Positions 55,747 through 64,000 of a DNA stretch of 64,000 nucleotides are shown piece by piece. Source of the stretch: Desulfarculus sp. (GTDB lineage: Bacteria; Desulfobacterota; Desulfarculia; Desulfarculales; Desulfarculaceae). Position 1 is the stretch's first letter. Every line of letters begins with the position of its first letter. Location of the stretch: positions 40,644 through 104,643 of the forward strand of contig QZKP01000018.1 of the NCBI GenBank assembly GCA_003605055.1, read 5' to 3'. The position numbers were made by a program, and so were the translations under genes. A model generated the notes under the pieces. It had not been told where the DNA came from, ran no database searches, and saw nothing but the letters and a program-made list of their open reading frames with translations.

Positions 55747-58700
55747 TCAGGGCGCGGGCTGCACCGAGGCGCCGGCCAGCTTCAGGGAGGCGCCTTGGGC
55801 GTAGAGCACCCGCAGGTCCAATTCTGCCTGCCGGGGCAGGGTGAAGTCCACGGCTATGTCCTGGTAGTCCGGCCGCAGCTCTCCGGCCTTGACCAGGCGA
55901 CGACCCAGGATCAGGCGGCCCAGGTCCGTGGCCACCACCAGCTCGGCCGCGGGCAGCCCGGCCGGCCCGGGCTGCAAAAGGGCCAGGCGGAAGCGGGCCC
56001 GGTAGCGTCCGGGGGGGTAGGTCTGGTGGGGGCCGTGCATCAGATACAGCGGCGGGGTGTAGCCCCGGCGGGCGGCCACGGCCAGGCCGCCGGGCGCCGC
56101 GGGGTCGGCCAGCAGGTCCCCGGCCTGACGCCAGAGCTGGCTGGCCGCGTAAAAGGGCTGCGGCGCGGCCCGGTCCGCAAAGCCCACCAGCACCAGGCAA
56201 AGCTCCAGGTCGGCCGCGCCGCTGAAATAGGTGCGCAGCTCCAGGCGGGTGAAGGCCGCCAGCTCCAGGGGCAGGCCCACGTCGTGCCAGGCGCCGTCGG
56301 CCGGCAGCCGCTCCGGCGTGAGCGCGGCGCTGGCCAGCACCCGGCCCTGGCGGTCGCTGGCCTCCACCCGGCCCGGCACCGCGCCCGGCCCGCGGCGCAG
56401 GCGGAAGCGCAGCAGATAGCTGCCCGGCGGCAGGGGCCGTCCCGGCCCTTGGCTGAGCCAGCCGGGCTGGTCGCGGCCCACGCGGGCCTGGGCCACGTTG
56501 CCGGCGAAGCGGCCCAGGCGCGGACCCAGGGGCGCGCCCGGCCGGGCCGGCTCGGCGAACAAGAGGCCCCAGCCCGAGGCCTGCCGGTCCTCCTTCAGCC
56601 GTCCGGTGTCGCGGCCCAGCCAGGCCGCGGGCCACAGCACAACGGCCGGCGAGCTCACCCGGCGCTCGCGGCCGTCGAGCCGGGCCCGGTAGTCCGGCCG
56701 CAGCAGGAACACATTGCCCTCCTGGCGCAGGGGCTGGAAGGCGCCGCTGGCCTCCAGGCGGCGGCGGGCCAGGTCCGGCGGGAAGGGGCTCACCTTGCTA
56801 GTGTAAACCTCTGCATCGCTGTAAAAGGCCACCAGCCCCACCTGGAGGCGCTCCAGGGTGCGCAGAGACTCCTGATTCACCTCGCCCAGGTCCAGGGGAT
56901 ACAGGGGCCAGAAGACCTGGGCCACGTAGGCCCGGGGCACCAAGGGGGCGTAGCCGTTGACCAGGCGGGCCCGGGTGCGGGTGACCAGGAACTCGTACAC
57001 CGAGGACTGGTGCGAGTCGCCGGGCCAGAGGGGCAGGCCCAGCAGGCGCTGGGGGCTCCGCGGCCCGCCGGGCAGGGCCGAGCGCACCGTGGCCTCCAGG
57101 GGCCCGGAAGGCGGCACCAGGCAGATGCCAGGGCGGGCCGGCGGCCAGAGGTCCCAGACGATCAGGACCGTCAGGGCCAGGCCCAGGGCCAGGACTGCGC
57201 CGCGCCGGCGGCGCAGGGGCCGGGCCAGCTCGCGCAGAGCCCAGCCGCCGGCCAGGGCCAGCAGCAGCACCGCCAGGATGACCAGCCGGCCGGGCACCCG
57301 GGGGAAGTTGAAGAAGGGCAGGTGCCGGTACAGGAAGCCGTACAGGGGGAGCTGGGGCAGGTTGGGCCCCAGGCAGAGCAGGCCGGCCAAGAGGCCCAAG
57401 GCGCTCCACAGCGCGGCCAGCATGCCGCCCTTGGCCCCGGACGGCCGGCCCAGGGCCAGCAGCACCAGCCCGGCCAGGGCAAGGGCCAAGAGCACCAGCC
57501 CCAGGTACACGAGCTGCTCGGAGTTGGCGGCCTGCGGGCTGAACAGATCGCCCAGGTGCGGGGAGAACAGGCGCACCTCGCTCCAGGCGCGGCCGGCCCC
57601 GGCGATGCTGGCGTCCATGGTGCGGCGCTTGAGGATCAGCATGGCCGCCAGGCCCAGGCCCCAGCCCAGGCCCAGGGGGATCAGCGGCGCCCAGGAGCCC
57701 GGAGGCCAGGCGGGCATCCGGCGGGCGCGCCACAGCCCGGGCAGGCAGCGGGCCGCGCCCCAGACCACAATGGCCAGGGCCAGCAGCTTGCCCAGGTGCG
57801 GAATTGGCAGCCAAAACTGCACGGCGTAAACCGGGCTGAGCACCAGGGGCAGCAGGCCCCGGGCCAGGGCCCGGCGGCAGGGGGCCGGCCCCAGGCTGGT
57901 CAGGGCCACGGCCAGCCAAGACAGCAGCAGCCACAGGGCCAGCACCACCACCAGGCCCAGGGCCAGGCTGACGGCCAGGCCGCCTGCGCCCGCGGCCCCG
58001 GCGCGAACCGCGCCCAGGGCCAGACCCGCGGCCAGCACCATGGCCAGGCTGGGCCAGTCCAAGGCCTGGTCCTCCTGGGGCATGTCCTCCCGGCCGCGCA
58101 TGATCAGGCGCAGGGGCAGATACAGGCCCAAGAGCAGGGTGCTGTAATAGAAGAGGTGGCTCTCCATCAGGCCCAGGGACAGCAGCGCCAGGCCCGCGCC
58201 CGCGCCCCAGAGCCAGGGCCGCCATTGCCAGCCCCGCTCCAGGCACCACAGGCAGAGGGGCAGCAGGAAGGCGATGAAGCCGTACAGGTGGCCGGAGAGC
58301 GCCTGGGAGGCCCGGAAGGGCAGCAGGGCGAAGATCAGGGCCGCGAGCCAGGCGGCCAGGCCCTGGCCCAGCACCTGCCGGGCCAGGGCAAAGGCCATGA
58401 GCCCGGCCAACAGGTAGCTCAACAGCACCAGGGCGTTGTAGGCCGGCAGGGCCCCCAGGGGCCGCAGGGCCAGGTAGAGCAGGGAGAAGGGGAAGTTGGC
58501 GTACAGGGCGATGCCCTGGGGGTGCAGGAAGGTGGAGAACTCATAGGGGTTGCTGAACAGGGGCGAGGGCCCCAGCAGGTTGTCGGTGAACAGCCAGCAC
58601 CAGTAATAGAATTGCAAATGGTCGCCGGGGACCAGAGGGACCCGCTCCCAGCCGGGCACGGGCCAATATACATAAGGCAGGCCTCGGCCGAAGTCGGCGG

Positions 58701-58806
58701 CCAGGGGCCAGGTGTAGACCAAGGCCAGGGCCAGCAGCAACAGGCCTAAAAGCGCCGTCAGCCACGCGCTCCCTCGGGCCGCGGGCGGCTGATTAAGCGG
58801 GCTCAC
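55747..58806 (-). CDS. Giant polytopic membrane protein, GT-C-like, tandem paralog 1 (protein C)
   Basis: 1019 aa, collinear with protein B (VPGDHLQFYYWCWLFTDNL, GHLYGFIAF, LPFFNFPRVPGR, GRYRARFRL). The GTG start overlaps the stop of the upstream gene (GTGA). Confidence 0.75.
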   Translation of the reverse strand: MSPLNQPPAARGSAWLTALLGLLLLALALVYTWPLAADFGRGLPYVYWPVPGWERVPLVPGDHLQFYYWCWLFTDNLLGPSPLFSNPYEFSTFLHPQGIALYANFPFSLLYLALRPLGALPAYNALVLLSYLLAGLMAFALARQVLGQGLAAWLAALIFALLPFRASQALSGHLYGFIAFLLPLCLWCLERGWQWRPWLWGAGAGLALLSLGLMESHLFYYSTLLLGLYLPLRLIMRGREDMPQEDQALDWPSLAMVLAAGLALGAVRAGAAGAGGLAVSLALGLVVVLALWLLLSWLAVALTSLGPAPCRRALARGLLPLVLSPVYAVQFWLPIPHLGKLLALAIVVWGAARCLPGLWRARRMPAWPPGSWAPLIPLGLGWGLGLAAMLILKRRTMDASIAGAGRAWSEVRLFSPHLGDLFSPQAANSEQLVYLGLVLLALALAGLVLLALGRPSGAKGGMLAALWSALGLLAGLLCLGPNLPQLPLYGFLYRHLPFFNFPRVPGRLVILAVLLLALAGGWALRELARPLRRRRGAVLALGLALTVLIVWDLWPPARPGICLVPPSGPLEATVRSALPGGPRSPQRLLGLPLWPGDSHQSSVYEFLVTRTRARLVNGYAPLVPRAYVAQVFWPLYPLDLGEVNQESLRTLERLQVGLVAFYSDAEVYTSKVSPFPPDLARRRLEASGAFQPLRQEGNVFLLRPDYRARLDGRERRVSSPAVVLWPAAWLGRDTGRLKEDRQASGWGLLFAEPARPGAPLGPRLGRFAGNVAQARVGRDQPGWLSQGPGRPLPPGSYLLRFRLRRGPGAVPGRVEASDRQGRVLASAALTPERLPADGAWHDVGLPLELAAFTRLELRTYFSGAADLELCLVLVGFADRAAPQPFYAASQLWRQAGDLLADPAAPGGLAVAARRGYTPPLYLMHGPHQTYPPGRYRARFRLALLQPGPAGLPAAELVVATDLGRLILGRRLVKAGELRPDYQDIAVDFTLPRQAELDLRVLYAQGASLKLAGASVQPAP

Positions 58807-61256
58807 GGGGTCCGGGCCCTCGCCGATTTCAGACGCGGGACAATGGACAGGGAGTGCAGCACCAGGCGGTCTCTACCGGTGGTGCCCACGCGCACCTCCA
58901 GGTGGCGGGCTCCCCGGGGCAGGTCAAACTCCAGGACCAGGGGCTTGCCCAACTGCTGGCCGCTCACCTGGCTGCGGGTGAGCACCTGGCGGCCCTTGTC
59001 CAGGCTTACGTCCAGCCAGGCCACCAGTTGCGGGCCCCGGTAGGGGCCGCTCAGGCGGGCGGTGACCTGGTAGCGGCCCGGCGGCAGGTTAAGGTACTGG
59101 CCCCAGAGGAAAAGCTTGGGCGCAGCCAGAGGCGGCACCGTCACCGCCTCGGCCCCCTCGCTCACCGGCTTGGCCGGGAAGCGCGAGTAGCGGGCCGGGG
59201 GCAGGGAAAGCTCCAGCAGGGCCTCCTGGGGCTGCGGCCCGGCCGGGCCCACCCGCCAGGAGGGGCCCTCGCCCGGGAAGACCCGCGCCCGCTCCCATAG
59301 GGCGATGCGATGGGCCGGGTTGCGGTAGGCGGTCAGGCCCGGCCCGATGCGGTCGGCGGCGGTGGCCGCCCCGGCCACCACCAGGAAGGCCCCCAGCAGG
59401 CAGATCAGGGCCGATATGGGCGAGAATCGCTGGCCGTCCACCTGCAGGGCCAGCACCACCACCCCGGCCACGCACAGCCAGATCAGGCCCAACTGGGCGT
59501 TAAGCGCGGGCTGCTGGTGCGCGAAGATGTAGGCCGGCAGCAGGTTCTCCACCAGGGGGAATTGCAGGCCCTGGCCCAGCACCACACTGTGGCCATAGAC
59601 CGCCGAGGGGTAGTGCATGACGAAGGCCGCCGCGGCCACGGTCAGCACCGCCAGCATCACCGTGACCAGCATGAAGCGGCGCGGGGCCCAGCGGGCGCCG
59701 GCGGCCATGCCCAGGGCCAGGAAGGGCACCGCGGCCACCAGGTAGCGGGCCGGCGGGTTGATGCCCCCGAACCAGTCCGCGTACAGGCCGGCGGTGAGGT
59801 AGGTGGCCAGGGCCATCAACAACACCCAGAAGCCGTCCCCCGGCCGCCGGCGCAGCAGCCAGATCAGGCCGGCCACCGCCGCCATCCAGATGGGGCTGTA
59901 GGGCAAGAGCCCCTCGCCGGCGTCCACCCACAGGCCGCTGAGCCCCTCCCAGGCGCCGCGCGGGTTCAGATAGGCTCCCTGGGCGTGGATATGCGGGTCG
60001 GGCAGGGGCGTGCCGTACAGATGGCTGAAGTAGGTGCTCAGCAGCCAGGCCGAGACGATGCAGGGCAGGAAAAAAGCCATGACGCCGCCGAAGCTGCGCC
60101 AGTGGCCGCGGACCAGGGCGTAAAAGGCCAGGAGCACCGAAAGCAGGATGAAGCGCTCGTGGAACCAGGCTAGATAGGCGGCCAGCACCCCGGCCAGCAG
60201 GAGCATGCCGTATTGGCCCGGCTGGGCCATGCGCAGGCGGCGGAAGGCGGCCACGCTGAAGGCCGCCGCGGCCATCTCCGGGAACAGCAGGTTGGAATAG
60301 AGCAGGCCCGGCAGGGCCAGGGCCGCGGCCGCCGCCGACAGCAGGGCCGGCCCCTCCCGTCCGGTGTAGAAGCGGGCCAGCCAGAACACCTCCAGCACCA
60401 TCCAGGCCCCCAGCAGCCAGACTAGTATGGTGGCCAGCTTGCGCGGGCCCAGGTCGCTGTAGAGTCCCCAGGCGTAGAAGGGCGAAAGCAGGGCGGGCAG
60501 GCCCGGCCGGTGGTTGGAGACCCAGGAGCGGTCCGGGGTCCAGGTGCCGTGGCCCAGCACCAGCCGGGCCGGGTCGCTGAAGTAGGAGTTTTCGCGCAGG
60601 AGGATGTTGTCCAGCAGGTCCAGGTCGCGGTCCACAGCCAGGCTGTGGGTGCCCAGCAGATAGGAGGGCTCGTCGCCGGCCATGAGGTAGCCGGTCTGGC
60701 CGCTGACCTCGTTGAGGCGCACACCCACCCCGGCGAACACTCCCAGGGCCAGCAGGAACACCAGCGGCGCCAGCCAGAGCCGGTGGTCGGAGCGGCCCCG
60801 GCGCAGCAGCTCCGGCGCGGCCAGGCGGGTCTGCAGCAGCACGGCGGCGGCCACGGCCAGGGCGGCCAGGGGCCAGGCCTCGCGTCCCAGGGCCAGGGGA
60901 GCGGTGCTGAAGCCGTACAGGGGCCAGCACAGCTCCATCAACGGCACCAGCAGCAGGGCCAGGCAGGGCCACCACGCGCGGTAGGCCCGGCGGTAGGCCT
61001 GGGGGCGATCCAGGGCCTGCTGGGCCAGCCAGCCCCGCTGCCACAAGGCCACCAGGAACTGCAACAGCCAGGCGCCCAGGCCAATGGCCACCGTCTGCCA
61101 CCAGGGCGGCCAGACCCACAGCACCGCGACCTGTCCGTCGGGCTTGGTGGTCATGACCAAGGCCCAGCGGGAAGCCGCGAAGACCGCCCAACTGAAGCCG
61201 GCCAGCAAGGTGGCTGGTTGCCAGTAACCGACGGTTTTAGAGTCGCCTTGACTCAT
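58803..61256 (-). CDS. GT-C glycosyltransferase-like polytopic membrane protein with GDEPSY loop motif (protein D)
   Basis: 817 aa from ATG 61256, which forms an ATGA overlap with the upstream gene. GDEPSYLL (60660-60677) follows a TM helix as in ArnT/PMT-type GT-C enzymes. More than 12 TM segments. C-terminal PPGRYQVT...LEFDL module. Confidence 0.75.
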   Translation of the reverse strand: MSQGDSKTVGYWQPATLLAGFSWAVFAASRWALVMTTKPDGQVAVLWVWPPWWQTVAIGLGAWLLQFLVALWQRGWLAQQALDRPQAYRRAYRAWWPCLALLLVPLMELCWPLYGFSTAPLALGREAWPLAALAVAAAVLLQTRLAAPELLRRGRSDHRLWLAPLVFLLALGVFAGVGVRLNEVSGQTGYLMAGDEPSYLLGTHSLAVDRDLDLLDNILLRENSYFSDPARLVLGHGTWTPDRSWVSNHRPGLPALLSPFYAWGLYSDLGPRKLATILVWLLGAWMVLEVFWLARFYTGREGPALLSAAAAALALPGLLYSNLLFPEMAAAAFSVAAFRRLRMAQPGQYGMLLLAGVLAAYLAWFHERFILLSVLLAFYALVRGHWRSFGGVMAFFLPCIVSAWLLSTYFSHLYGTPLPDPHIHAQGAYLNPRGAWEGLSGLWVDAGEGLLPYSPIWMAAVAGLIWLLRRRPGDGFWVLLMALATYLTAGLYADWFGGINPPARYLVAAVPFLALGMAAGARWAPRRFMLVTVMLAVLTVAAAAFVMHYPSAVYGHSVVLGQGLQFPLVENLLPAYIFAHQQPALNAQLGLIWLCVAGVVVLALQVDGQRFSPISALICLLGAFLVVAGAATAADRIGPGLTAYRNPAHRIALWERARVFPGEGPSWRVGPAGPQPQEALLELSLPPARYSRFPAKPVSEGAEAVTVPPLAAPKLFLWGQYLNLPPGRYQVTARLSGPYRGPQLVAWLDVSLDKGRQVLTRSQVSGQQLGKPLVLEFDLPRGARHLEVRVGTTGRDRLVLHSLSIVPRLKSARARTP

Positions 61257-61705
61257 GGTTCGGGCAGTCCCAGTTGGGTTCGCCATGGGTCCCAGCGCTT
61301 GTGGCGCAACCAAAAATTGTAAAGCTTCGCGTCGGCCTGGCGAGCGCGGACCAAGGCCTGACGAGCCATCTGCTGGTGGCCGGCCCGCACCTCCAGCCAG
61401 GCCAACTCCAGCCATAAAAGCACCGGATAGGTGCCTTTATACGATTTCATCTCCCGCCAGAGGCGGTCCAAATCCGCCCGCGGGAGCCGGCCCGCGTCCG
61501 CCAGGCTGGCGGCGTGGGCCAGGCCCAGCAGGGGCAGCACCCGGTAGGGCGGCGCCCAATGCTGCGCCAGGCGGTGCTGAGCCGCTTTCTGTCGTAGTGC
61601 CGGTCCCTTATAAAAGGCCCCTGAAACTGCGACAGCCAGCACCAGCACCGACAACACAATCACCACCGGAGGAACCCTTGCGGGTGGACGGCTGGATGAG
61701 TCCAT
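61253..61705 (-). CDS. Small single-pass membrane protein with helical (TPR-like) C-terminal domain (hypothetical)
   Basis: One hydrophobic helix (VVIVLSVLVLAVAVSGAF). The stop overlaps the protein D start. The start is uncertain: ATG 61705, TTG 61720 (with GGAG 7 nt upstream) or TTG 61738. Confidence 0.55.
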   Translation of the reverse strand: MDSSSRPPARVPPVVIVLSVLVLAVAVSGAFYKGPALRQKAAQHRLAQHWAPPYRVLPLLGLAHAASLADAGRLPRADLDRLWREMKSYKGTYPVLLWLELAWLEVRAGHQQMARQALVRARQADAKLYNFWLRHKRWDPWRTQLGLPEP

Positions 61706-61815
61706 AGGGGACAGCTTCAAATTACTGCTCCAGCCCAACCTCCGAGTGGCTTTGCAAGCCGTCGAATATAATATTAATGCACGTTTTGGCTTGCAGCGTC
61801 AAGCTCATCTGTGGG

Positions 61816-62853
61816 TCATTTTTGTACTTCCGGAGGCGCTGCGCAGCCCCCGGTTAGATACCAGGGCACCGCCGGCAGGGCGCTGGCCAGGGCGGCCAGG
61901 TTGGTGACCAGGCCCAGCAGGAAGGCCTGGGTGAAATCCAGGCCCACCAGGCTGAACAAGGCCACATACAGGCCCTCTAAGACCCCGAAGCTGGAGAAGG
62001 AAACTGGCAGCCGCGCCAGCAGAAACACCACCGGGGTCACGGCCGCGGCTTGAATGAGGCTCAGGGGGATGTTCAGGGCCTGGGCCGCCAGCCAGTTGCC
62101 CACGATGGGCGCGGCCTGCTCCAGGAAGGACAGCAGGAGAAACCAGGCCAACACCCCGCGGTGCCGGCGATATTCGTGGTAGGCCTTGATGAAGCGGGAG
62201 AGCCAGGCCAGCAGGCGGCCCCGCTCAAGCATGTGCTGCTCCAGGCGCTGGTGCAGGCGGCCGGCCAGGGCCGAAAAGGAGATGATCACCGCGCCGGCGG
62301 CCCCGGCCAAGATCGCCAGGGACCAGACGAAAAACTCCCGCGGCAGGCGGGTGGTAAGTCCGGTCAGGAGCACCAGGCCGATCACCGCGGCCAAGGCGGC
62401 GGCCACGAACCCCAGAGCCCGTTCTAAGAGCACCGAGGCGGCCATCACCTCGCTGGGGCGCTGGGGCTGGGCCACCAAGCCCACCCGCAGCGCGTCGGCC
62501 CCCAGGGTGGTGGGCAAAAAGCAGCCGGCGAAGCTGGCCAGGTAATAGGCCTTTAGGGCCTCGGCCCAGCCCAAGGGCAGGCCCCGGGCCAGGACCAAGA
62601 GCCGCCACTTGTAGGCCATCAGGAACCGGTCGGCCGTGCTCCAGGCCAACAGCAATAGGAGGTACTGCCAGCGGCAGCCCAGCAGGGCCCGCCAGGCCTG
62701 CCCTAGGTCCACGAAAAATATCAGCAGGATGGTCAGCAGGCCGGCGCTGACCGCGCCCCGCAGCCAGGTTTTGGCGGTCTTGTGCAAAGCGCCCCCTGAT
62801 TCCAACTCCTTAGCAACCCAGGCCACGTTAGCACCTGCCCGCCACAGCGTCAA
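61816..62853 (-). CDS. Flippase-like / lysylphosphatidylglycerol-synthase-TM-region family membrane protein (UPF0104, TIGR00374-like)
   Basis: 345 aa with about 8 TM segments. Pattern R..L.A....G...P...G..LR typical of UPF0104. TTG start, which may be shorter. Confidence 0.65.
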   Translation of the reverse strand: MTLWRAGANVAWVAKELESGGALHKTAKTWLRGAVSAGLLTILLIFFVDLGQAWRALLGCRWQYLLLLLAWSTADRFLMAYKWRLLVLARGLPLGWAEALKAYYLASFAGCFLPTTLGADALRVGLVAQPQRPSEVMAASVLLERALGFVAAALAAVIGLVLLTGLTTRLPREFFVWSLAILAGAAGAVIISFSALAGRLHQRLEQHMLERGRLLAWLSRFIKAYHEYRRHRGVLAWFLLLSFLEQAAPIVGNWLAAQALNIPLSLIQAAAVTPVVFLLARLPVSFSSFGVLEGLYVALFSLVGLDFTQAFLLGLVTNLAALASALPAVPWYLTGGCAAPPEVQK

Positions 62854-62979
62854 CGCAACCCTGGAGGCCGAGGTGTTTGCACTTGCCAGGACCGGTATGA
62901 TTCATTAGGCTTACGCAATTCCAGGGCCCGCGGGCCCGGTGATTGGGCGCAATAACGCATTGGAGACAGCCGCAGCCTC

Positions 62980-64000
62980 ATGTGTGGTCTAAGCGGATTC
63001 AGTTGGGAGGATCAAGGCCTTATTCAGGCCATGAACCAGGTGCTCCGGCACCGGGGCCCCGACGATCAGGGCCGGGCGGTGGGCTTTGGCGCCTCCCTGG
63101 GCCAGACCCGGCTGTCCATCATCGACTTGTCCGAGCGCGGCCGTCAGCCCATGGTCAACGAGACCGGCGACGTGTTCGTGGTGGTAAACGGCGAGATATA
63201 CAACCACCTTGACCTGCGCGCCGAACTGATCCGGGCCGGCCACGTGTTCCACAGCAACAGCGACTCCGAGGTGGTGCTGCACGGCTACGAGCAATGGGGC
63301 CCCCAGGTCATCGAGCGCATTATCGGCATGTTCTGCTTCGCGGTGCTGGACGGGCCCGGCCGGCGGATCATGCTGGGCCGGGACCGCCTGGGCATCAAGC
63401 CCCTGTACTATCACCGAAACGGCAACCGGCTGATCTTCAGCAACGAGATCAAGGCCATGCTGGCCTGGCCCGGGCTGCAGCGCCGGGTGGACCTTACCGG
63501 CCTGTTCCACTACCTGGGCTACGAGTACGTGCCCGCCCCGCGCACCCTGTTCGCGGGCGTGAACAAGCTGAAGCAGGGCCACTACGCCATCTTCGAGCTG
63601 GACAGCGGCCGCTTTGAGGAGCGGCCCTACTGGGACCTGCGCTTTGAGCCCCGCTTTTCCCGGCCCGAGGAGGCGGTGGAGGAGCTGCGGTCCTTGCTCA
63701 AGCTGTCGGTCAAACGCCGGCTGATGAGCGACGTGCCCCTGGGGGTGTTCCTCTCCGGCGGCCTGGACTCCACCACGGTGGTGGCCCTGATGCGCGAGCT
63801 GGGGGTGGAGCATCTGCGCACCTTCTCCATCGCCTACCCGGACCCCAGCTTCAGCGAGCTGGACTACGCCAACGACATGGCCCGGCACTACGGCACCGAC
63901 CAGACGGTCTTGATGATAGAGGGCCTGACCATGGAGGACCTGGAGACGGCGGTCTATCACCTGGACGAGCCCATGACCGATCTGTCGGCCATCCCCCTGA
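62980..64000 (+). CDS. Asparagine synthase (glutamine-hydrolysing) family amidotransferase, 3' end beyond window
   Basis: Not in the supplied ORF track; read by hand from ATG 62980. MCGLSGFSW... (Ntn Cys2), RLSIIDL, NGEIYN, GIKPLYY, and the PP-loop FLSGGLDST. The frame stays open to the window end. Confidence 0.85.
   Translation, partial: MCGLSGFSWEDQGLIQAMNQVLRHRGPDDQGRAVGFGASLGQTRLSIIDLSERGRQPMVNETGDVFVVVNGEIYNHLDLRAELIRAGHVFHSNSDSEVVLHGYEQWGPQVIERIIGMFCFAVLDGPGRRIMLGRDRLGIKPLYYHRNGNRLIFSNEIKAMLAWPGLQRRVDLTGLFHYLGYEYVPAPRTLFAGVNKLKQGHYAIFELDSGRFEERPYWDLRFEPRFSRPEEAVEELRSLLKLSVKRRLMSDVPLGVFLSGGLDSTTVVALMRELGVEHLRTFSIAYPDPSFSELDYANDMARHYGTDQTVLMIEGLTMEDLETAVYHLDEPMTDLSAIPL

Larger units (their letters stand above)
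52585..58806. repeat. Tandem ~3.1-kb gene duplication (proteins B and C)
   Basis: Collinear protein similarity throughout. One nucleotide patch has 56/60 identity (55474-55533 vs 58576-58635). Another has about 62/68 identity (52821-52888 vs 55983-56050), by hand alignment. Confidence 0.8.

Noticed and set aside
61739-61815. Promoter for the GT-C operon in the AT-rich patch gaatataatattaatg between the flippase-like gene and the anchor-protein gene
   Set aside because: On the minus strand a TTGACG hexamer exists. The best -10-like hexamers sit at 17 nt (CATTAA, 3/6 match) or 20 nt (TAATAT). Neither combination is convincing. Co-transcription from upstream of the flippase-like gene is equally plausible.

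Overview
High-GC bacterial chromosomal window, roughly two-thirds G+C by eye. Gene content looks like an anaerobic Desulfobacterota/deltaproteobacterium-type organism, which is inference only. I support about 60 protein genes, one tRNA-Val, a few sigma-70 or sigma-54-like promoters and three or four intrinsic terminators. I saw no rRNA, CRISPR array, transposase or prophage.

Most of the window is core metabolism and housekeeping:
- 2-oxoacid:ferredoxin oxidoreductase genes.
- A long minus-strand operon: M24 peptidase, xerD, DHH-CBS-CCA enzyme, M50 protease, scpA, scpB, rluB, tRNA-Val.
- proC, a purH-like gene, pfk, recN and ligA.
- The conserved ffh-rpsP-KH-rimM-trmD-rplS-rnhB block, followed by rsmI, ptsH, ptsI and smpB.

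The parts worth a second look:
1. A ~14 kb cluster (49.1-64 kb) holds four giant GT-C-like polytopic membrane proteins, two of them tandem paralogs. All four carry related C-terminal PGRY beta-type modules. A small anchor protein, a flippase-like protein and an AsnB-type amidotransferase sit alongside.
2. A 28% GC island with two abutting perfect palindromes lies upstream of a sulfur module: mnmA, an Rrf2 regulator, and a COG1900 plus NIL-ferredoxin pair (methanogen-type homocysteine synthesis).
3. A triad of Fe-ADH, DegT aminotransferase and kdsB matches the Kdo8N pathway.
4. There are two consecutive in-frame read-through junctions, rnhB into yraN and rsmI into ptsH.
5. An operon of uncharacterised Cys-rich small proteins lies at 2.2-5.1 kb.

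All family assignments come from reading motifs in the translations. No database search was run.
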